This document shows, piece by piece, positions 9,790 to 20,277 of a stretch of DNA of 64,000 bases. Below the pieces are notes generated by a model. It saw only the letters and a program-made list of their open reading frames with translations, did no database searches and was not told the DNA's origin. The position numbers and the translations under genes are program-made. This DNA comes from Pseudolabrys sp. (GTDB lineage Bacteria; Pseudomonadota; Alphaproteobacteria; Rhizobiales; Xanthobacteraceae). The stretch is from the NCBI GenBank assembly GCA_035556795.1, contig DATMEV010000089.1, positions 12,837 to 76,836 on the forward strand. Direction: 5' to 3'. Each line of letters starts with the position of its first letter. Position 1 is the stretch's first letter.

Positions 9790-10050
9790 TAGACCGTCGA
9801 AAGGCGGCCCCAGCAGATTGAGCGCTGTAGAGTGCCTGCATGCGTATGCCAGCGCACTAATTTTGAGAGACAGATTGAAATATTATTCTTAGTTTTCTGT
9901 TGTGAGAATCGGTCCGAGCTCTGTCATCGATGTGAATAATCGCCGCGCTCGTTCTGCAAACGATTGCCGGACGAGGTGCGGTGTGCCAGCGTCCGTGAAC
10001 AGTGCAGGCTCCTGTGACTTGATCCACATTGCGAGGAGGCTACGTCCGAC

Positions 10051-10818
10051 ATGACCGATTTCGTTCTCTATAATGCGCCGCAATCGACCTGCAGCCAGCG
10101 TGTTCGCTTTGTTCTCAACGCCAAGGGCGTGGACTTCGAGGAGCATAAGCTCGATTTGTTCGCCGGCGACCAGCTCAAGCCGGACTATCTCAAGATCAAC
10201 CCGAATGGCGTGGTGCCGACGCTGGTCCATCGCGGTCGTCCGATCAACGATTCTGCGGTAATCGTCGAATATCTGGACGAGATTCTGCCGGAGCCCGAGC
10301 GCTTCGTACCGGAGGATGCGGTGGAGCGGGCCCAGATGCGGGCGTTGATGCGCTTTATCGACGAAGTACCGACGCCGGCGATCCGGGTGCCCTCGTACAA
10401 TATCGCTTTCCTCCGGCATTTCCGCTCGATGACGGAAGAGGAGTTCGTGGCGCTCGCCGAGTCAAAACCGCTACGCAAGGAATTCCTGCTGAAGATGGGT
10501 CGAACCGGCTTTCCCAAGGAGGAGATGGACGCCTCCCTGGATCGATTGCGGCGCGGCATCAGTCGCATGGACGCTGCGATCACACAGAGCGGCGGCCCCT
10601 GGATGATGGGCGGTACGCTGACCCTAGCCGATATTGCCATTATGCCGGTGATCGTTCGCATGAACGATATCCGGCTCGATGAGATGTGGCAGGGCAAGCC
10701 GGCCATCTCGCAGTGGCTGGAGGCCATCAGTGCACATTCAGCGTTCGGCAAGACCTATTATTTCGGTTCGCTGCTGACAGAGAAGTACCCGGCGTTGAAG
10801 CAGGAACTGGCGCGCTAA
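10051..10818 (+). CDS. glutathione S-transferase family protein
   Basis: N-terminal thioredoxin-like GST domain (LYNAPQSTCSQRVRFVLNAKGVDFEEHKLDL...NPNGVVPTLV...NDSAVIVEYLDE) plus an alpha-helical C-domain. Confidence 0.85.
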   Translation: MTDFVLYNAPQSTCSQRVRFVLNAKGVDFEEHKLDLFAGDQLKPDYLKINPNGVVPTLVHRGRPINDSAVIVEYLDEILPEPERFVPEDAVERAQMRALMRFIDEVPTPAIRVPSYNIAFLRHFRSMTEEEFVALAESKPLRKEFLLKMGRTGFPKEEMDASLDRLRRGISRMDAAITQSGGPWMMGGTLTLADIAIMPVIVRMNDIRLDEMWQGKPAISQWLEAISAHSAFGKTYYFGSLLTEKYPALKQELAR

Positions 10819-11011
10819 AGTTCAGGAAATGCGCCACCGGCGGTGGTAGAAAAAGCAAATATATTTCAAAGAGGTAGCTCGCATCACGGCTCCTGAAGCC
10901 TCTGAGAAGGCTGGCTTCGGGCCGCACGACAAATGTACCGGTGATTGCTCTGCAACAATGTTCGCCGCAGCCAGAGGATTAGCCTGTGATGGCAACGACA
11001 AGGAGGTTGTC

Positions 11012-11413
11012 ATGCAGAATGCGTCTCTGTCGGCTGTGAAATACTGGGTTGGCGAGTATTTGCGGCGGCGTGCGGTGGCTTACGAGCTCCGTGACGAAGC
11101 GGAGGTTGACCGCATGGCGCACGATCTGGGTATGTCGGGGTGGGAGTTGCGTACCCTGGCGACGAAGGGGCCGGAGGCGGTACGCCTGCTTGAGACCCGC
11201 ATGGCCGAGCTCGACCTCGGAGAGGTTGATCTGGCTCTGGCGGATCCGGAGACGACCCGCGATCTGCAGCGCTCTTGCTCGCTGTGCAAGGACCATCAGC
11301 GATGCCGTCACGATCTCGAGGCGCACGATCGTTCCGACGCATGGCTGAGCTATTGTCCAAACGCGCCGAACCTGCAGGCGATGGTTGCCACGCGTGCCCG
11401 GCGGATGGTTTGA
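11012..11413 (+). CDS. hypothetical Cys-rich protein, DUF6455-like
   Basis: ATG at 11012 lies behind AAGGAGG. C-terminal pattern CSLCKDHQRCRHDL...YCPNAPNL resembles DUF6455 proteins. The family assignment is from memory only. Confidence 0.5.
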   Translation: MQNASLSAVKYWVGEYLRRRAVAYELRDEAEVDRMAHDLGMSGWELRTLATKGPEAVRLLETRMAELDLGEVDLALADPETTRDLQRSCSLCKDHQRCRHDLEAHDRSDAWLSYCPNAPNLQAMVATRARRMV

Positions 11414-11486
11414 GTGACGCGCGGCTGTATTGCCGCACCGGGATATGGCATCATGCCGTTCGTCCGTGACATAAGGGCATGATGCG

Positions 11487-11804
11487 ATGAAAATCATGGG
11501 AGCGGTGGCGATTCTGCTCGGGCTGTCGTCGGCCGCTTCCGCGCAGATGTCGCCGAGCGAGCAGCGTGGCTTTGCCATCGCTCGCGCCAACTGCGCTCGC
11601 TGCCATGCCATTGATAAAGTAAGCCCGAGTCCACTGCAGGCCGCGCCGCCGTTTCGCGACCTGCATTTGCGCTATCCGGTGGAAAGCCTCGAGGAAGCGC
11701 TTGGAGAGGGCATCGTCACCGGCCATCCGTCGATGCCTGAATTCAAGCTGGAGCCGGATCAGATCGGTGGTTTCATCGATTTCCTCAAATCGCTGGAGCG
11801 GTGA
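11487..11804 (+). CDS. mono-haem cytochrome c family protein
   Basis: Signal peptide MKIMGAVAILLGLSSAASAQ. Haem-binding CARCH motif. Distal Met candidate in HPSMPEF. Confidence 0.85.
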   Translation: MKIMGAVAILLGLSSAASAQMSPSEQRGFAIARANCARCHAIDKVSPSPLQAAPPFRDLHLRYPVESLEEALGEGIVTGHPSMPEFKLEPDQIGGFIDFLKSLER

Positions 11805-11993
11805 CGCCGACCGGTGAATATCGGCTGGCCAGGCCGCTGCGTCAGAACTGCTTTGCTTACGGCGTCCGGCTGTGCTCGATGGATCGACGTATCCACCCTA
11901 CGGCTTCACAATCGGGGCGGTTTCCGGATATGTCGTCGGGGAAGTGCCGGGGCGGCTGATCGTGGCGCCTCGCCAAAAGACTAACGGGAAAAC

Positions 11994-12914
11994 GTGCAAC
12001 CGCCAGTTTTGATCATCGGCACACGCGGCAGCGCACTGGCGCTGTTCCAGGCGAACGCGGTGCGTGACCGGCTTGCCGCCATGCATGATATTGCGCTTGA
12101 GCGGATCGTCATCCAGGTGATCCGCACGACCGGCGATGCCATTCAGGACCGGCCGCTGGCGGAGATCGGCGGCAAGGCGCTATTCACCAAGGAAATAGAG
12201 GAGGCGCTGCTGGCGGGGGCGGTCGACCTTGCCGTGCATTCGGCAAAGGATGTTCCCACGCAACTGCCACCGGGATTATGTTTCGCTGCCTGCCTCGAAC
12301 GTGAAGACGTGCGCGATGTCTTCATCAGCGACAAGGCCGACAGTCTCGCGTCATTGCCGCCCGGAGCGCGGATCGGCACCACTTCGCCACGGCGGCAGGC
12401 GCTGATCCTGCGCGCCCGTCCGGATCTGACGGTCGTGCCCATGCGCGGCAATGTCGAAACACGGCTGCGCAAGCTTGCCGAAGGTCACGCCGATGCGACG
12501 GTCCTGGCGCTCGCTGGACTCAAGCGCCTCGGCCTGACCCAGCATGCGACGCGCATCATGAGTGAGGATGAATTTCTGCCGGCGGCCGGGCAGGGAGCGA
12601 TTGCCATAGAGATTCGGTCTGACGATACGCGCGTCGCGGCGATGGTGGCCGCCATCGACCATGCCGATACGTCGGTGGCGTTGGCGGCGGAACGGGCATT
12701 TCTCGATGTGCTCGACGGCACCTGCAAGACGCCGATTGCGGCGCATGCTGCTCTCACGGGTGACACCATCCGGTTTCGGGGTATTCTCGCTCGGCCGGAC
12801 GGAACGGCAGCCTATGAAACGGCTGCCGCCGGCCGTCGGCAGGATGCGGCGGAGATCGGTGCGCAGGCGGGCCACGACATCAGGCGGCGCGCCGGTCCGG
12901 ATGCCCTCGGCTGA
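11994..12914 (+). CDS. hemC: hydroxymethylbilane synthase (porphobilinogen deaminase)
   Basis: IGTRGSALALFQA...IRTTGD...GGKALFTKEIEEALL...AVHSAKDVP are classic HemC signatures. GTG start at 11994. Confidence 0.92.
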   Translation: MQPPVLIIGTRGSALALFQANAVRDRLAAMHDIALERIVIQVIRTTGDAIQDRPLAEIGGKALFTKEIEEALLAGAVDLAVHSAKDVPTQLPPGLCFAACLEREDVRDVFISDKADSLASLPPGARIGTTSPRRQALILRARPDLTVVPMRGNVETRLRKLAEGHADATVLALAGLKRLGLTQHATRIMSEDEFLPAAGQGAIAIEIRSDDTRVAAMVAAIDHADTSVALAAERAFLDVLDGTCKTPIAAHAALTGDTIRFRGILARPDGTAAYETAAAGRRQDAAEIGAQAGHDIRRRAGPDALG

Positions 12915-13106
12915 GGCCGTAGGTGTATGGCGCCCGAAGAGCCCCGCGAAACCAGGCGTCGCTAACCGGGCGAAGCTGACGAGAGGGGCTGCAGGACGCC
13001 CCGAGCGCACCAAAAATCAGCCAGCCTGTCAAAAAGTCAGGCTCCCGGTCTTTCCATTTCCAATGGCGATCTTAAGTTCGGTGTCCTTTCCGCTTGTTCG
13101 TGCCGC

Positions 13107-14045
13107 ATGAACGATCATCCCGCAGTATCCGCCATCGCCATAACCGGCCTGTCGAAGACCTACGCCTCCGGCTTCCAGGCGCTTAAGGGAATCGATCTCC
13201 ATATCCGGCCTGGCGAGATTTTCGCGCTTCTCGGTCCGAACGGCGCCGGCAAAACGACGCTGATCGGCATCGTTTGCGGCATCGTCAATCCCACGGAAGG
13301 CAGCGTCAGCGTCAACGGCTATGATATCCAGCGTGACTATCGGATCACCCGCTCGTTAATCGGGCTGGTGCCGCAGGAACTGACCACCGATGCCTTCGAG
13401 ACCGTCTGGGCGACGGTGAGCTTCAGCCGTGGTCTGTTCGGCAAGCCGCGTAATGACGCCCACATCGAGAAGGTGTTGCGCGACCTGTCCTTGTGGGAAA
13501 AGAAAGACAGCAAGATCATGACGTTGTCCGGCGGCATGAAACGCCGGGTGCTGATCGCCAAGGCGCTCTCGCACGAACCGCGCATTCTGTTCCTCGACGA
13601 ACCGACTGCCGGAGTGGACGTCGAATTGCGCAAGGATATGTGGCAGGTGGTGCGTTCGCTGCGCGACGCCGGCGTCACCATCATCCTCACTACGCACTAC
13701 ATCGAGGAAGCAGAAGAGATGGCCGACCGCGTCGGCGTCATCTCCCGGGGCGAGATCATCCTCGTCGAAGACAAGACAGAGCTGATGCGCAAGCTGGGTA
13801 AAAAGCAGTTGACGCTGCATCTGAACAAGCCGCTCGGTGCCGTTCCGCCGACGCTGGCGGCACGCAATCTGCGGCTGACGGAAGATCAGCAACGCCTTAT
13901 CTATCACTATGATTCTCAGGCAGAGCGTACCGGGATCACCACGCTCCTCGATGAGCTGTCTGCCGCCGGGATTACGTTCAAGGATCTCCAGACGACTCAG
14001 AGCTCGCTTGAAGATATTTTTGTCGACCTGGTGCATCGACAATGA
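13107..14045 (+). CDS. ABC transporter ATP-binding protein (ABC-2 exporter type)
   Basis: Walker [10 protein letters not shown], signature LSGGMKRR, Walker [13 protein letters not shown] overlap with the downstream permease. Confidence 0.9.
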   Translation: MNDHPAVSAIAITGLSKTYASGFQALKGIDLHIRPGEIFALLGPNGAGKTTLIGIVCGIVNPTEGSVSVNGYDIQRDYRITRSLIGLVPQELTTDAFETVWATVSFSRGLFGKPRNDAHIEKVLRDLSLWEKKDSKIMTLSGGMKRRVLIAKALSHEPRILFLDEPTAGVDVELRKDMWQVVRSLRDAGVTIILTTHYIEEAEEMADRVGVISRGEIILVEDKTELMRKLGKKQLTLHLNKPLGAVPPTLAARNLRLTEDQQRLIYHYDSQAERTGITTLLDELSAAGITFKDLQTTQSSLEDIFVDLVHRQ

Positions 14046-14803
14046 ATTTTCGGGCCGTCGCAGCGATCTACAAGTTTGAGATGGCGCGCACCGCGCGCAC
14101 TTTGCTGCAGAGCATCGTGTCGCCGGTTATTTCAACGTCGCTTTATTTCGTGGTGTTCGGCGCAGCGATCGGGTCGCGCATCACCGAGATGGAGGGGGTC
14201 AGCTATGGTGCGTTCATCGTTCCGGGCCTGATCATGCTGACGCTGCTGACGCAGAGTGTGATGAACGCCTCGTTCGGTATCTATTTTCCGCGCTTCGTCG
14301 GTACGATCTATGAGCTCCTGTCGGCGCCGGTATCATTCTTCGAGATTGTGCTCGGCTATGTCGGCGCGGCAGCGACGAAATCCATCGTTCTCGGCATCAT
14401 CATACTGGCGACATCGGCGCTATTCGTGCCGCTGGAAATTCGTCATCCGGTCTGGATGCTGGCTTTTCTGGTGCTGACAGCGGTCACCTTCAGCCTGCTT
14501 GGCTTCATCATAGGGATCTGGGCCGACGGCTTCGAGAAGCTGCAGATCATCCCGTTGCTGATCATCACGCCGCTTACCTTCCTTGGTGGTAGCTTCTATT
14601 CGATCAGCGTCCTCCCGCCAGCCTGGCAGACGGTGACGCTGTTCAATCCCGTCGTCTATTTGGTCAGCGGTTTCCGCTGGAGCTTCTACGGACTTGCCGA
14701 TGTTCCTGTCGGCGTCAGCGTAGCGATGACGGCTGTATTTCTGCTGGCCTGCATGGCGGTCATCTGGTGGATGTTCCGTACCGGTTACCGCTTGAAGAAT
14801 TGA
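14042..14803 (+). CDS. ABC-2 type transporter permease
   Basis: 253-aa protein with about six TM helices. Coupled to the preceding ATPase. Confidence 0.85.
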   Translation: MNFRAVAAIYKFEMARTARTLLQSIVSPVISTSLYFVVFGAAIGSRITEMEGVSYGAFIVPGLIMLTLLTQSVMNASFGIYFPRFVGTIYELLSAPVSFFEIVLGYVGAAATKSIVLGIIILATSALFVPLEIRHPVWMLAFLVLTAVTFSLLGFIIGIWADGFEKLQIIPLLIITPLTFLGGSFYSISVLPPAWQTVTLFNPVVYLVSGFRWSFYGLADVPVGVSVAMTAVFLLACMAVIWWMFRTGYRLKN

Positions 14804-14964
14804 TCGGCTGTCAAGGAAAAATTCCTGAAATAAATCATTGCACTCGCGGCTCAGGGTGGAACAATCGGCCCGGCCTCGTCATTACTCTCGGCACGAGGCG
14901 GCTGGCCCGCAGGGCTTGGCCGGAAATAGTCCCTCGATGGGAAACGGATGCCCGTTGGGGAGTG

Positions 14965-16206
14965 ATGTCCACAGGAAGACCGTGCCCTGCAATGTTGGAT
15001 CGCGTCGACAATAATGTCGTGAAAGACCGGCAATCCCTGCTGACCGCATTCCGCGCAGTACGAGCGGAAACCGAGCGCCGTGCCGCCTGTCTGTCGCCTG
15101 AAGACCAGATCGTGCAATCGATGCCGGATGCCAGCCCGACCAAATGGCATCGCGCCCATACCACCTGGTTCTTCGAACAGTTTCTGTTACTTCCGCATCT
15201 GCCGGGCTATCAGGTGTTCGACGAGCGCTTCGCGTTCCTGTTCAATTCCTATTACGTTGCCGCCGGTCCCCGCCATGCGCGGCCGCAACGCGGCTTGATC
15301 ACGCGGCCGAATGCCGCCGAGGTCGCGGCCTATCGCGCGCATGTCGACCGGGCAGTGGAAGTGATGGTGGATACGCTTCCTACAGATATCTGGCCCGATA
15401 TCGCACGTGTTCTGGAGGTCGGTCTGCATCATGAGCAGCAGCATCAGGAATTGCTGTGGACCGATATTCTGCATGCCTTCGCGCAGAATCCGACGCATCC
15501 GGCCTATGATCCGGTGTGGACGGCACCGTGCGCGAGGGCGGAGCCGCCTGCCTTTGCCGATTTGCCGAACGGAATCCAGGCGGTCGGTCATGACGGCCGG
15601 GGCTATTCTTTCGACAACGAGCATCCGCGCCATGAAGTGCTGATCCAACCGGTGCGGCTGGCGCGTGATCTCGTTCGTAACGTCGACTGGCTCGCTTTCA
15701 TGGCCGCAGACGGCTACCGCAATGCGGCACTGTGGCTGTCGGACGGTTGGGCCAAGGCCGAGGCAGAGGGCTGGCAAGCGCCCGGTTACTGGTTCCGGGA
15801 GGATGGCGACTGGTTCACAATGACGCTGGCCGGTGCGGGACGCGTCGACCCGGGCGCTGCGGTCTGCCACGTCAGCTATTATGAAGCCGAAGCATTTGCC
15901 CGCTGGTCCGGTAAGCATCTGCCCACTGAATGCGAATGGGAGGTGGCAGCCCGCCACGGCCTTCTGGCTGATGCATTCGGCGTTGTCTGGCAGTGGACGC
16001 GTAGCGCCTACCTGCCATATCCGGGCTATCGTGCTGCTGACGGTGCGCTCGGCGAGTACAATGGCAAGTTCATGATCAACCAGATGGTCTTGCGCGGATC
16101 GTCGTTGGCGACGCCAGCCGGACATGAGCGTGTCAGCTACCGCAATTTCTTCAATCCGGCGGCGCGCTGGCAATTCAGTGGCTTGCGGCTTGCCGAATAT
16201 GTCTGA
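14965..16206 (+). CDS. egtB: ergothioneine biosynthesis sulfoxide synthase EgtB
   Basis: DinB_2-type N-domain (PTKWHRAHTTWFFEQF...HHEQQHQELL) plus an FGE-sulfatase C-domain (GVVWQWTRSAYLPYPGY...VLRGSS...YRNFF...FSGLRLA). Start uncertain: ATG at 14965 or 14992. The track start 14767 overlaps the permease. Confidence 0.88.
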   Translation: MSTGRPCPAMLDRVDNNVVKDRQSLLTAFRAVRAETERRAACLSPEDQIVQSMPDASPTKWHRAHTTWFFEQFLLLPHLPGYQVFDERFAFLFNSYYVAAGPRHARPQRGLITRPNAAEVAAYRAHVDRAVEVMVDTLPTDIWPDIARVLEVGLHHEQQHQELLWTDILHAFAQNPTHPAYDPVWTAPCARAEPPAFADLPNGIQAVGHDGRGYSFDNEHPRHEVLIQPVRLARDLVRNVDWLAFMAADGYRNAALWLSDGWAKAEAEGWQAPGYWFREDGDWFTMTLAGAGRVDPGAAVCHVSYYEAEAFARWSGKHLPTECEWEVAARHGLLADAFGVVWQWTRSAYLPYPGYRAADGALGEYNGKFMINQMVLRGSSLATPAGHERVSYRNFFNPAARWQFSGLRLAEYV

Positions 16207-17209
16207 TCGGGCAGAGGGACATATGGTTGCCGTCGCCAGAAAGAAGGACCTTTCCGCCGCACCGCTGTCGGAATTCTCCGCCGACGCCATTGCTGGCCTG
16301 TCGGCGACGCCGAAACGACTACAGCCGAAATATTTCTACGATGCGGAAGGCTCGCGGCTGTTCGAGCAGATTACCGAAACGCCGGAATACTATCCGACCC
16401 GTTGCGAGATGCAGGCGCTGCGCTCGCACGCAGGCGATATCGCGGTGCTGGTTCCTGACGGTGCCGCACTTATCGAGTTCGGCAGCGGTTCGAGCAAGAA
16501 GGTCCGGCTGCTGCTTGCCGCCGAACCGGCGTTGTCGGTTTACGTGCCCGTCGATATCTCGCCGGAGATGCTGGAACAGGAGACGGCGGCTATCCGTCAT
16601 GACTATCCGGCGCTCACAGTCCTTCCGGTGGCCGCCGATTTTACCGTGCCGTTTGCTTTGCCGCCCGAGGCGGTGGCGGCTCAGCAGCGTGTTGGTTTTT
16701 TCCCGGGCTCGACAATTGGTAATTTCGAGCCGTATCAGGCGGCGCATTTCCTACGCAACGCCGCCTCGATTCTCGGTCGTGGCTCGCTGATGCTGATCGG
16801 AGTCGACCTGGTCAAGGATCCGGCGATTCTCAATGCTGCCTACAACGATGCCGGCGGGGTCACTGCCCGTTTCAATCTCAATCTGCTCAAACGAATGAAC
16901 CGTGAGCTGAATGCGAATTTCGATCTCGATTCGTTCGAGCATCATGCGTTCTTCAATCGCGCGCGTAGCCGCGTCGAGATGCATCTGGCGAGCCGCAAGC
17001 GCCAGAAGGTGCGTGTGGCCGGCGAGACCTTCAGCTTCGACATGGGCGAAAGTATCCACACCGAGAACAGTTACAAATACAGCATCCAGTCTTTCGGCGC
17101 GCTGGCGCGTGGCGCCGGCTGGTCGCCCTTGCGATCCTGGACTGATGACGACGGATATTTTTCTATTCAGGCGTTCACCTGTGCGCCGGAGCGTGCGGCT
17201 TCCGCCTAG
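16199..17209 (+). CDS. egtD: L-histidine N-alpha-methyltransferase EgtD
   Basis: PKYFYDAEGSRLFEQITETPEYYPTRCE...IEFGSGSSKKVRLLL...YVPVDIS is the EgtD signature. ATG at 16199 overlaps the egtB stop by 8 nt. Confidence 0.88.
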   Translation: MSDRAEGHMVAVARKKDLSAAPLSEFSADAIAGLSATPKRLQPKYFYDAEGSRLFEQITETPEYYPTRCEMQALRSHAGDIAVLVPDGAALIEFGSGSSKKVRLLLAAEPALSVYVPVDISPEMLEQETAAIRHDYPALTVLPVAADFTVPFALPPEAVAAQQRVGFFPGSTIGNFEPYQAAHFLRNAASILGRGSLMLIGVDLVKDPAILNAAYNDAGGVTARFNLNLLKRMNRELNANFDLDSFEHHAFFNRARSRVEMHLASRKRQKVRVAGETFSFDMGESIHTENSYKYSIQSFGALARGAGWSPLRSWTDDDGYFSIQAFTCAPERAASA

Positions 17210-17344
17210 AGGGCAAAGTTCGGCAACACGCCGCCGTCAGACGCGATGCGCCCCTTCGGATCGGTAGTTTCCCTTGTCCAAGGCTTGTGTCGTCGTTCCC
17301 GCCCTCTATAGTCCCGCGCGAATTGTCTCACGCGGGGAGAATGA

Positions 17345-18229
17345 ATGTCGGACTTCGATACGATATCGACGGGCGCGCGGATTCGCAGGCTCGACGACGG
17401 TTTCCGATGGCCGGGAGGTCGGAAGGTCGCTGTGATCTTCAATATCGCTTTCGAACGGTGGTCGGATGGCAAGGCGCCGCCGCTTGGCCCAATGGGCAAT
17501 CCGTTGCCTGCGGGCACGTTCGATACCAACGCCCTGTCGTGGGGACGCTACGGCTCGGTCCGCGGGGCCGACAGGCTGCTGCGTGTGCTGGCGCGCGCCG
17601 GCATCCGCTCAAGTGTGATGACCAGCGGCGCGTTCGCGGAGAGTGCTCCGCAGCTGGTGCGACGTATTGCCGAGGAAGGCCACGAAATCGTCGCCCATGC
17701 CTATGCGCAAGATGTGATCCCGGCCAAGCTTACCTCGGATGAGGTGCGGTTCGATATCGAGAAGACAACGCAGGCGCTGGCGGCGGCCGCCGGGGTGCCG
17801 ATCCGCGGCTGGATCAGCCCACGTGGCACGCCGCATGTTGATAGCGCACGTCATCTGCTCGCCGCCGGCTACGACTGGCATGGCGACGTCTTTGACGACG
17901 ACCGACCTTATATGCAGGACTTCGCGAATGGCTCGCTGGTTGCCATCCCGTTGACCATGGAGGTCAACGACCTGCCGCATGCGATGCGCTACGGTCGCTC
18001 GCCGCGCCAGTTCGTCGAACTGTTCGAGGATACGCTTGCCGCCGCGCTCGCCGGCAACGAGCCTTTGGTGGTGGATGTGACCGCACATTGCCATTGCTAT
18101 GGCCACTCCGCGGGTGCGCATGCTTACGAGACGATCGCCGGCAAGGCGAAGGCCTGCGACGGTGTTTGGGTTGCGAGGCGCGACGAGGTTGCCGCGCATG
18201 TGCGTGCGACGATGCCGGTTGTTGGTTAA
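17345..18229 (+). CDS. polysaccharide deacetylase family protein (PuuE-like fold)
   Basis: WPGGRKVAVIFNIAFE...GHEIVAHAY...WISPRG...YDWHGD pattern of the NodB/PuuE-type deacetylase family. Confidence 0.75.
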   Translation: MSDFDTISTGARIRRLDDGFRWPGGRKVAVIFNIAFERWSDGKAPPLGPMGNPLPAGTFDTNALSWGRYGSVRGADRLLRVLARAGIRSSVMTSGAFAESAPQLVRRIAEEGHEIVAHAYAQDVIPAKLTSDEVRFDIEKTTQALAAAAGVPIRGWISPRGTPHVDSARHLLAAGYDWHGDVFDDDRPYMQDFANGSLVAIPLTMEVNDLPHAMRYGRSPRQFVELFEDTLAAALAGNEPLVVDVTAHCHCYGHSAGAHAYETIAGKAKACDGVWVARRDEVAAHVRATMPVVG

Positions 18230-18351
18230 AGTCGGGGGCTGACTGGAGGTGCGGTCCGCTCCTGTCTGGGCGGATCAGATGTTCGACCGCCCGGCTTCGC
18301 CTTTTCCTTGGGCTGCAGCTTCTTGGGCTGCAGCGATTGCGGAGATGAGAT

Positions 18352-18846
18352 ATGGCATGTCGGGCGATTATCGGGGTGATGGGAGCGGGCGACAACGCGC
18401 GCCCCGAGGATGTCGAAACGGCAAGCGCGCTCGGTGAAGCGATCGCGCGCGCGGGGTGGGTTCTGCTGAGCGGCGGGCGCAACAACGGCATCATGGACGC
18501 CGTCAACCGCGGCGCCAAGCGCGCAGGCGGGCTGACTATTGGCGTGATTCCCGGCAGCGACCGCAAATCGATGTCGGATGCGGTCGATGTCGGTATCGTC
18601 ACTGGCATGGGCAGTGCGCGCAACTACATCAACGCGCTGTCGAGCGATGTGGTGATCGCTTGTGGCTTCGGCGGTGCGGGGACGGCGTCGGAGATCGCGC
18701 TGGCGTTGAAGGCGAAGCGCCCGGTTGTGTTGCTCAATTGCCAGCCCGAGGGAGAGGCCTATTTCCGCAAGATCGGTAGCGGCCTGATATATATCGTCGC
18801 GACGGTCGAGGAGACGGTCGCCACCATCGGCCGGTTGCTGAGATAA
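18352..18846 (+). CDS. TIGR00725/LOG-family (Rossmann, lysine-decarboxylase-like) protein
   Basis: IGVMGAG...LLSGGRNNGIMDAVNRGA...GFGGAGTASEIALAL contains the PGGxGTxxE-like LOG motif. Confidence 0.7.
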   Translation: MACRAIIGVMGAGDNARPEDVETASALGEAIARAGWVLLSGGRNNGIMDAVNRGAKRAGGLTIGVIPGSDRKSMSDAVDVGIVTGMGSARNYINALSSDVVIACGFGGAGTASEIALALKAKRPVVLLNCQPEGEAYFRKIGSGLIYIVATVEETVATIGRLLR

Positions 18847-18881
18847 GAGCTGGACAGAAAGAGAAAGGGCAGGGCGTCGAG

Positions 18882-19766
18882 CTATAGCGGCGTGCGCGCC
18901 AACACCGTTTCCAGCATGCGTGCGCCGTTTTCGCCTTTGTGCGCGCGGTCCCATTGGTCGACGATGATATCCTTGAACATCCGCACCGCCTCCGGAGCCG
19001 ACGTTGCCATGGCGATGCCGGCCGAGATATTCGGATGATCGCCCAATCGATAGGGGCTCATCGTCACGAATGTCGTGTCGCTTCGTTCGAAAACCTGAAA
19101 AGTCTGCTCGGCAGCGAAGTTCTCAACGACGCCGATCTGGATGCCGATTGGCTGCTTCCTGAAGATTGCGATCAGCCGCTCGATTTCCCGCCGCGCCAGC
19201 ATTCGGCGTCGGCGCATTGTTCTGGCATCGAGGTCGTAACGACCGATCATCCCTGAGCGCAGGAAACGCTCGATTGTCTGGGTATTGACGATGCTCACTA
19301 TCGGCGGGCGTCGTTTCCGGGCGCTGTTGCGACGTTCTTGCAGAACGCCGAGCACCCGCTCGACATAGTCTGCGAATTGCGCCTGGTCGGGGCCGGTTGC
19401 GTCGTTGGATTCAAGCAGCATCGTACGTAGATGGCCGATATATTCGTCCGAGAGCATCAGGAACGAGATCGGCGTGAAGTTGCCGAGGACTTGCACAACG
19501 TTTTCCTCGAGCTGCCGCATCCGTTCAAAAAATGCGACGGCGTTGCTGTAGTATTCCATGCCGACGCCCATCAGGGACGGCAGCGACACCTCCAGCAGAT
19601 CGGCGAGTTTCTCGAGGGTTTCGATCTTGACCAGTTCGCCTTTTTCTAATCGGTAAAGCGCTGCGCGCGATACGCCGATCCGCTCGGCCATGTCGCTGGC
19701 GGTGAAATTCTTGCCCAGCCGATAGGCCCGCAGCCGGTTTCCGATTTCTTCCCACTGTGCCGACAT
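18882..19766 (-). CDS. XRE-family HTH transcriptional regulator with a large C-terminal domain
   Basis: N-terminal HTH IGNRLRAYRLGKNFTASDMAERIGVSRAALYRLEKGE, followed by an uncharacterised domain of about 220 aa. Confidence 0.8.
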   Translation of the reverse strand: MSAQWEEIGNRLRAYRLGKNFTASDMAERIGVSRAALYRLEKGELVKIETLEKLADLLEVSLPSLMGVGMEYYSNAVAFFERMRQLEENVVQVLGNFTPISFLMLSDEYIGHLRTMLLESNDATGPDQAQFADYVERVLGVLQERRNSARKRRPPIVSIVNTQTIERFLRSGMIGRYDLDARTMRRRRMLARREIERLIAIFRKQPIGIQIGVVENFAAEQTFQVFERSDTTFVTMSPYRLGDHPNISAGIAMATSAPEAVRMFKDIIVDQWDRAHKGENGARMLETVLARTPL

Positions 19767-20204
19767 CAGGCGACCGACTCTGTCCGTTTCGTCTCAAATT
19801 TGGTGCCGAATCCCGCTCTGCGAGCGGATTGTCGGAACCGGGTTTGTGTATCACGGATTGGGAAGTCCTCTATAGCTGACGTGTTACCCCGCCAATCCCG
19901 GGCCTCAGCTCGCTGTCTCAATTATGATACCTTACTACTCTGCGAGCACTCAGGTGAGAAAGCATCGTGACGTCAGACGCTTTTGGCGCCTCAGAACTTT
20001 CAGCAGTTATACGTCAGGGTTCTGCGAAGATGCTGATCGCATTCGGAGTGCCGGATGGTCGGTGGCCGACGATCGACCAGTATTTCCGTCCAGTATTCTG
20101 CCCTCGGCCGTCGTTCCGGGCACAGCCGGCATCGGCGAGACAGCACCGATTTCGGAGCGCAAGAATGCGTCGCCGACCTGAGGTTTCGATGGTTCGGCCA
20201 AATG

Positions 20205-20240
20205 CAAAAAGAGGAGCCGTGCACTTCAGCCTGGCTCCTC
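20205..20240 (-). terminator. rho-independent terminator; best on the minus strand, with T-rich tails on both strands
   Basis: 8-bp GC-rich stem gaggagcc (20211-20218) / ggctcctc (20233-20240). On the minus strand it is followed by TTTTT (complement of 20205-20210). On the plus strand it is followed by tctgtttcattttgtcaatttttt. It lies about 65 nt downstream of the 20306..20632(-) gene. Confidence 0.65.
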
Positions 20241-20277
20241 TCTGTTTCATTTTGTCAATTTTTTGCCGCTAGGGCCA

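Noticed and set aside
15187-16290. 367-aa minus-strand ORF inside egtB
   Set aside because: Antisense shadow. egtB on the plus strand has diagnostic DinB_2 and FGE-sulfatase motifs.
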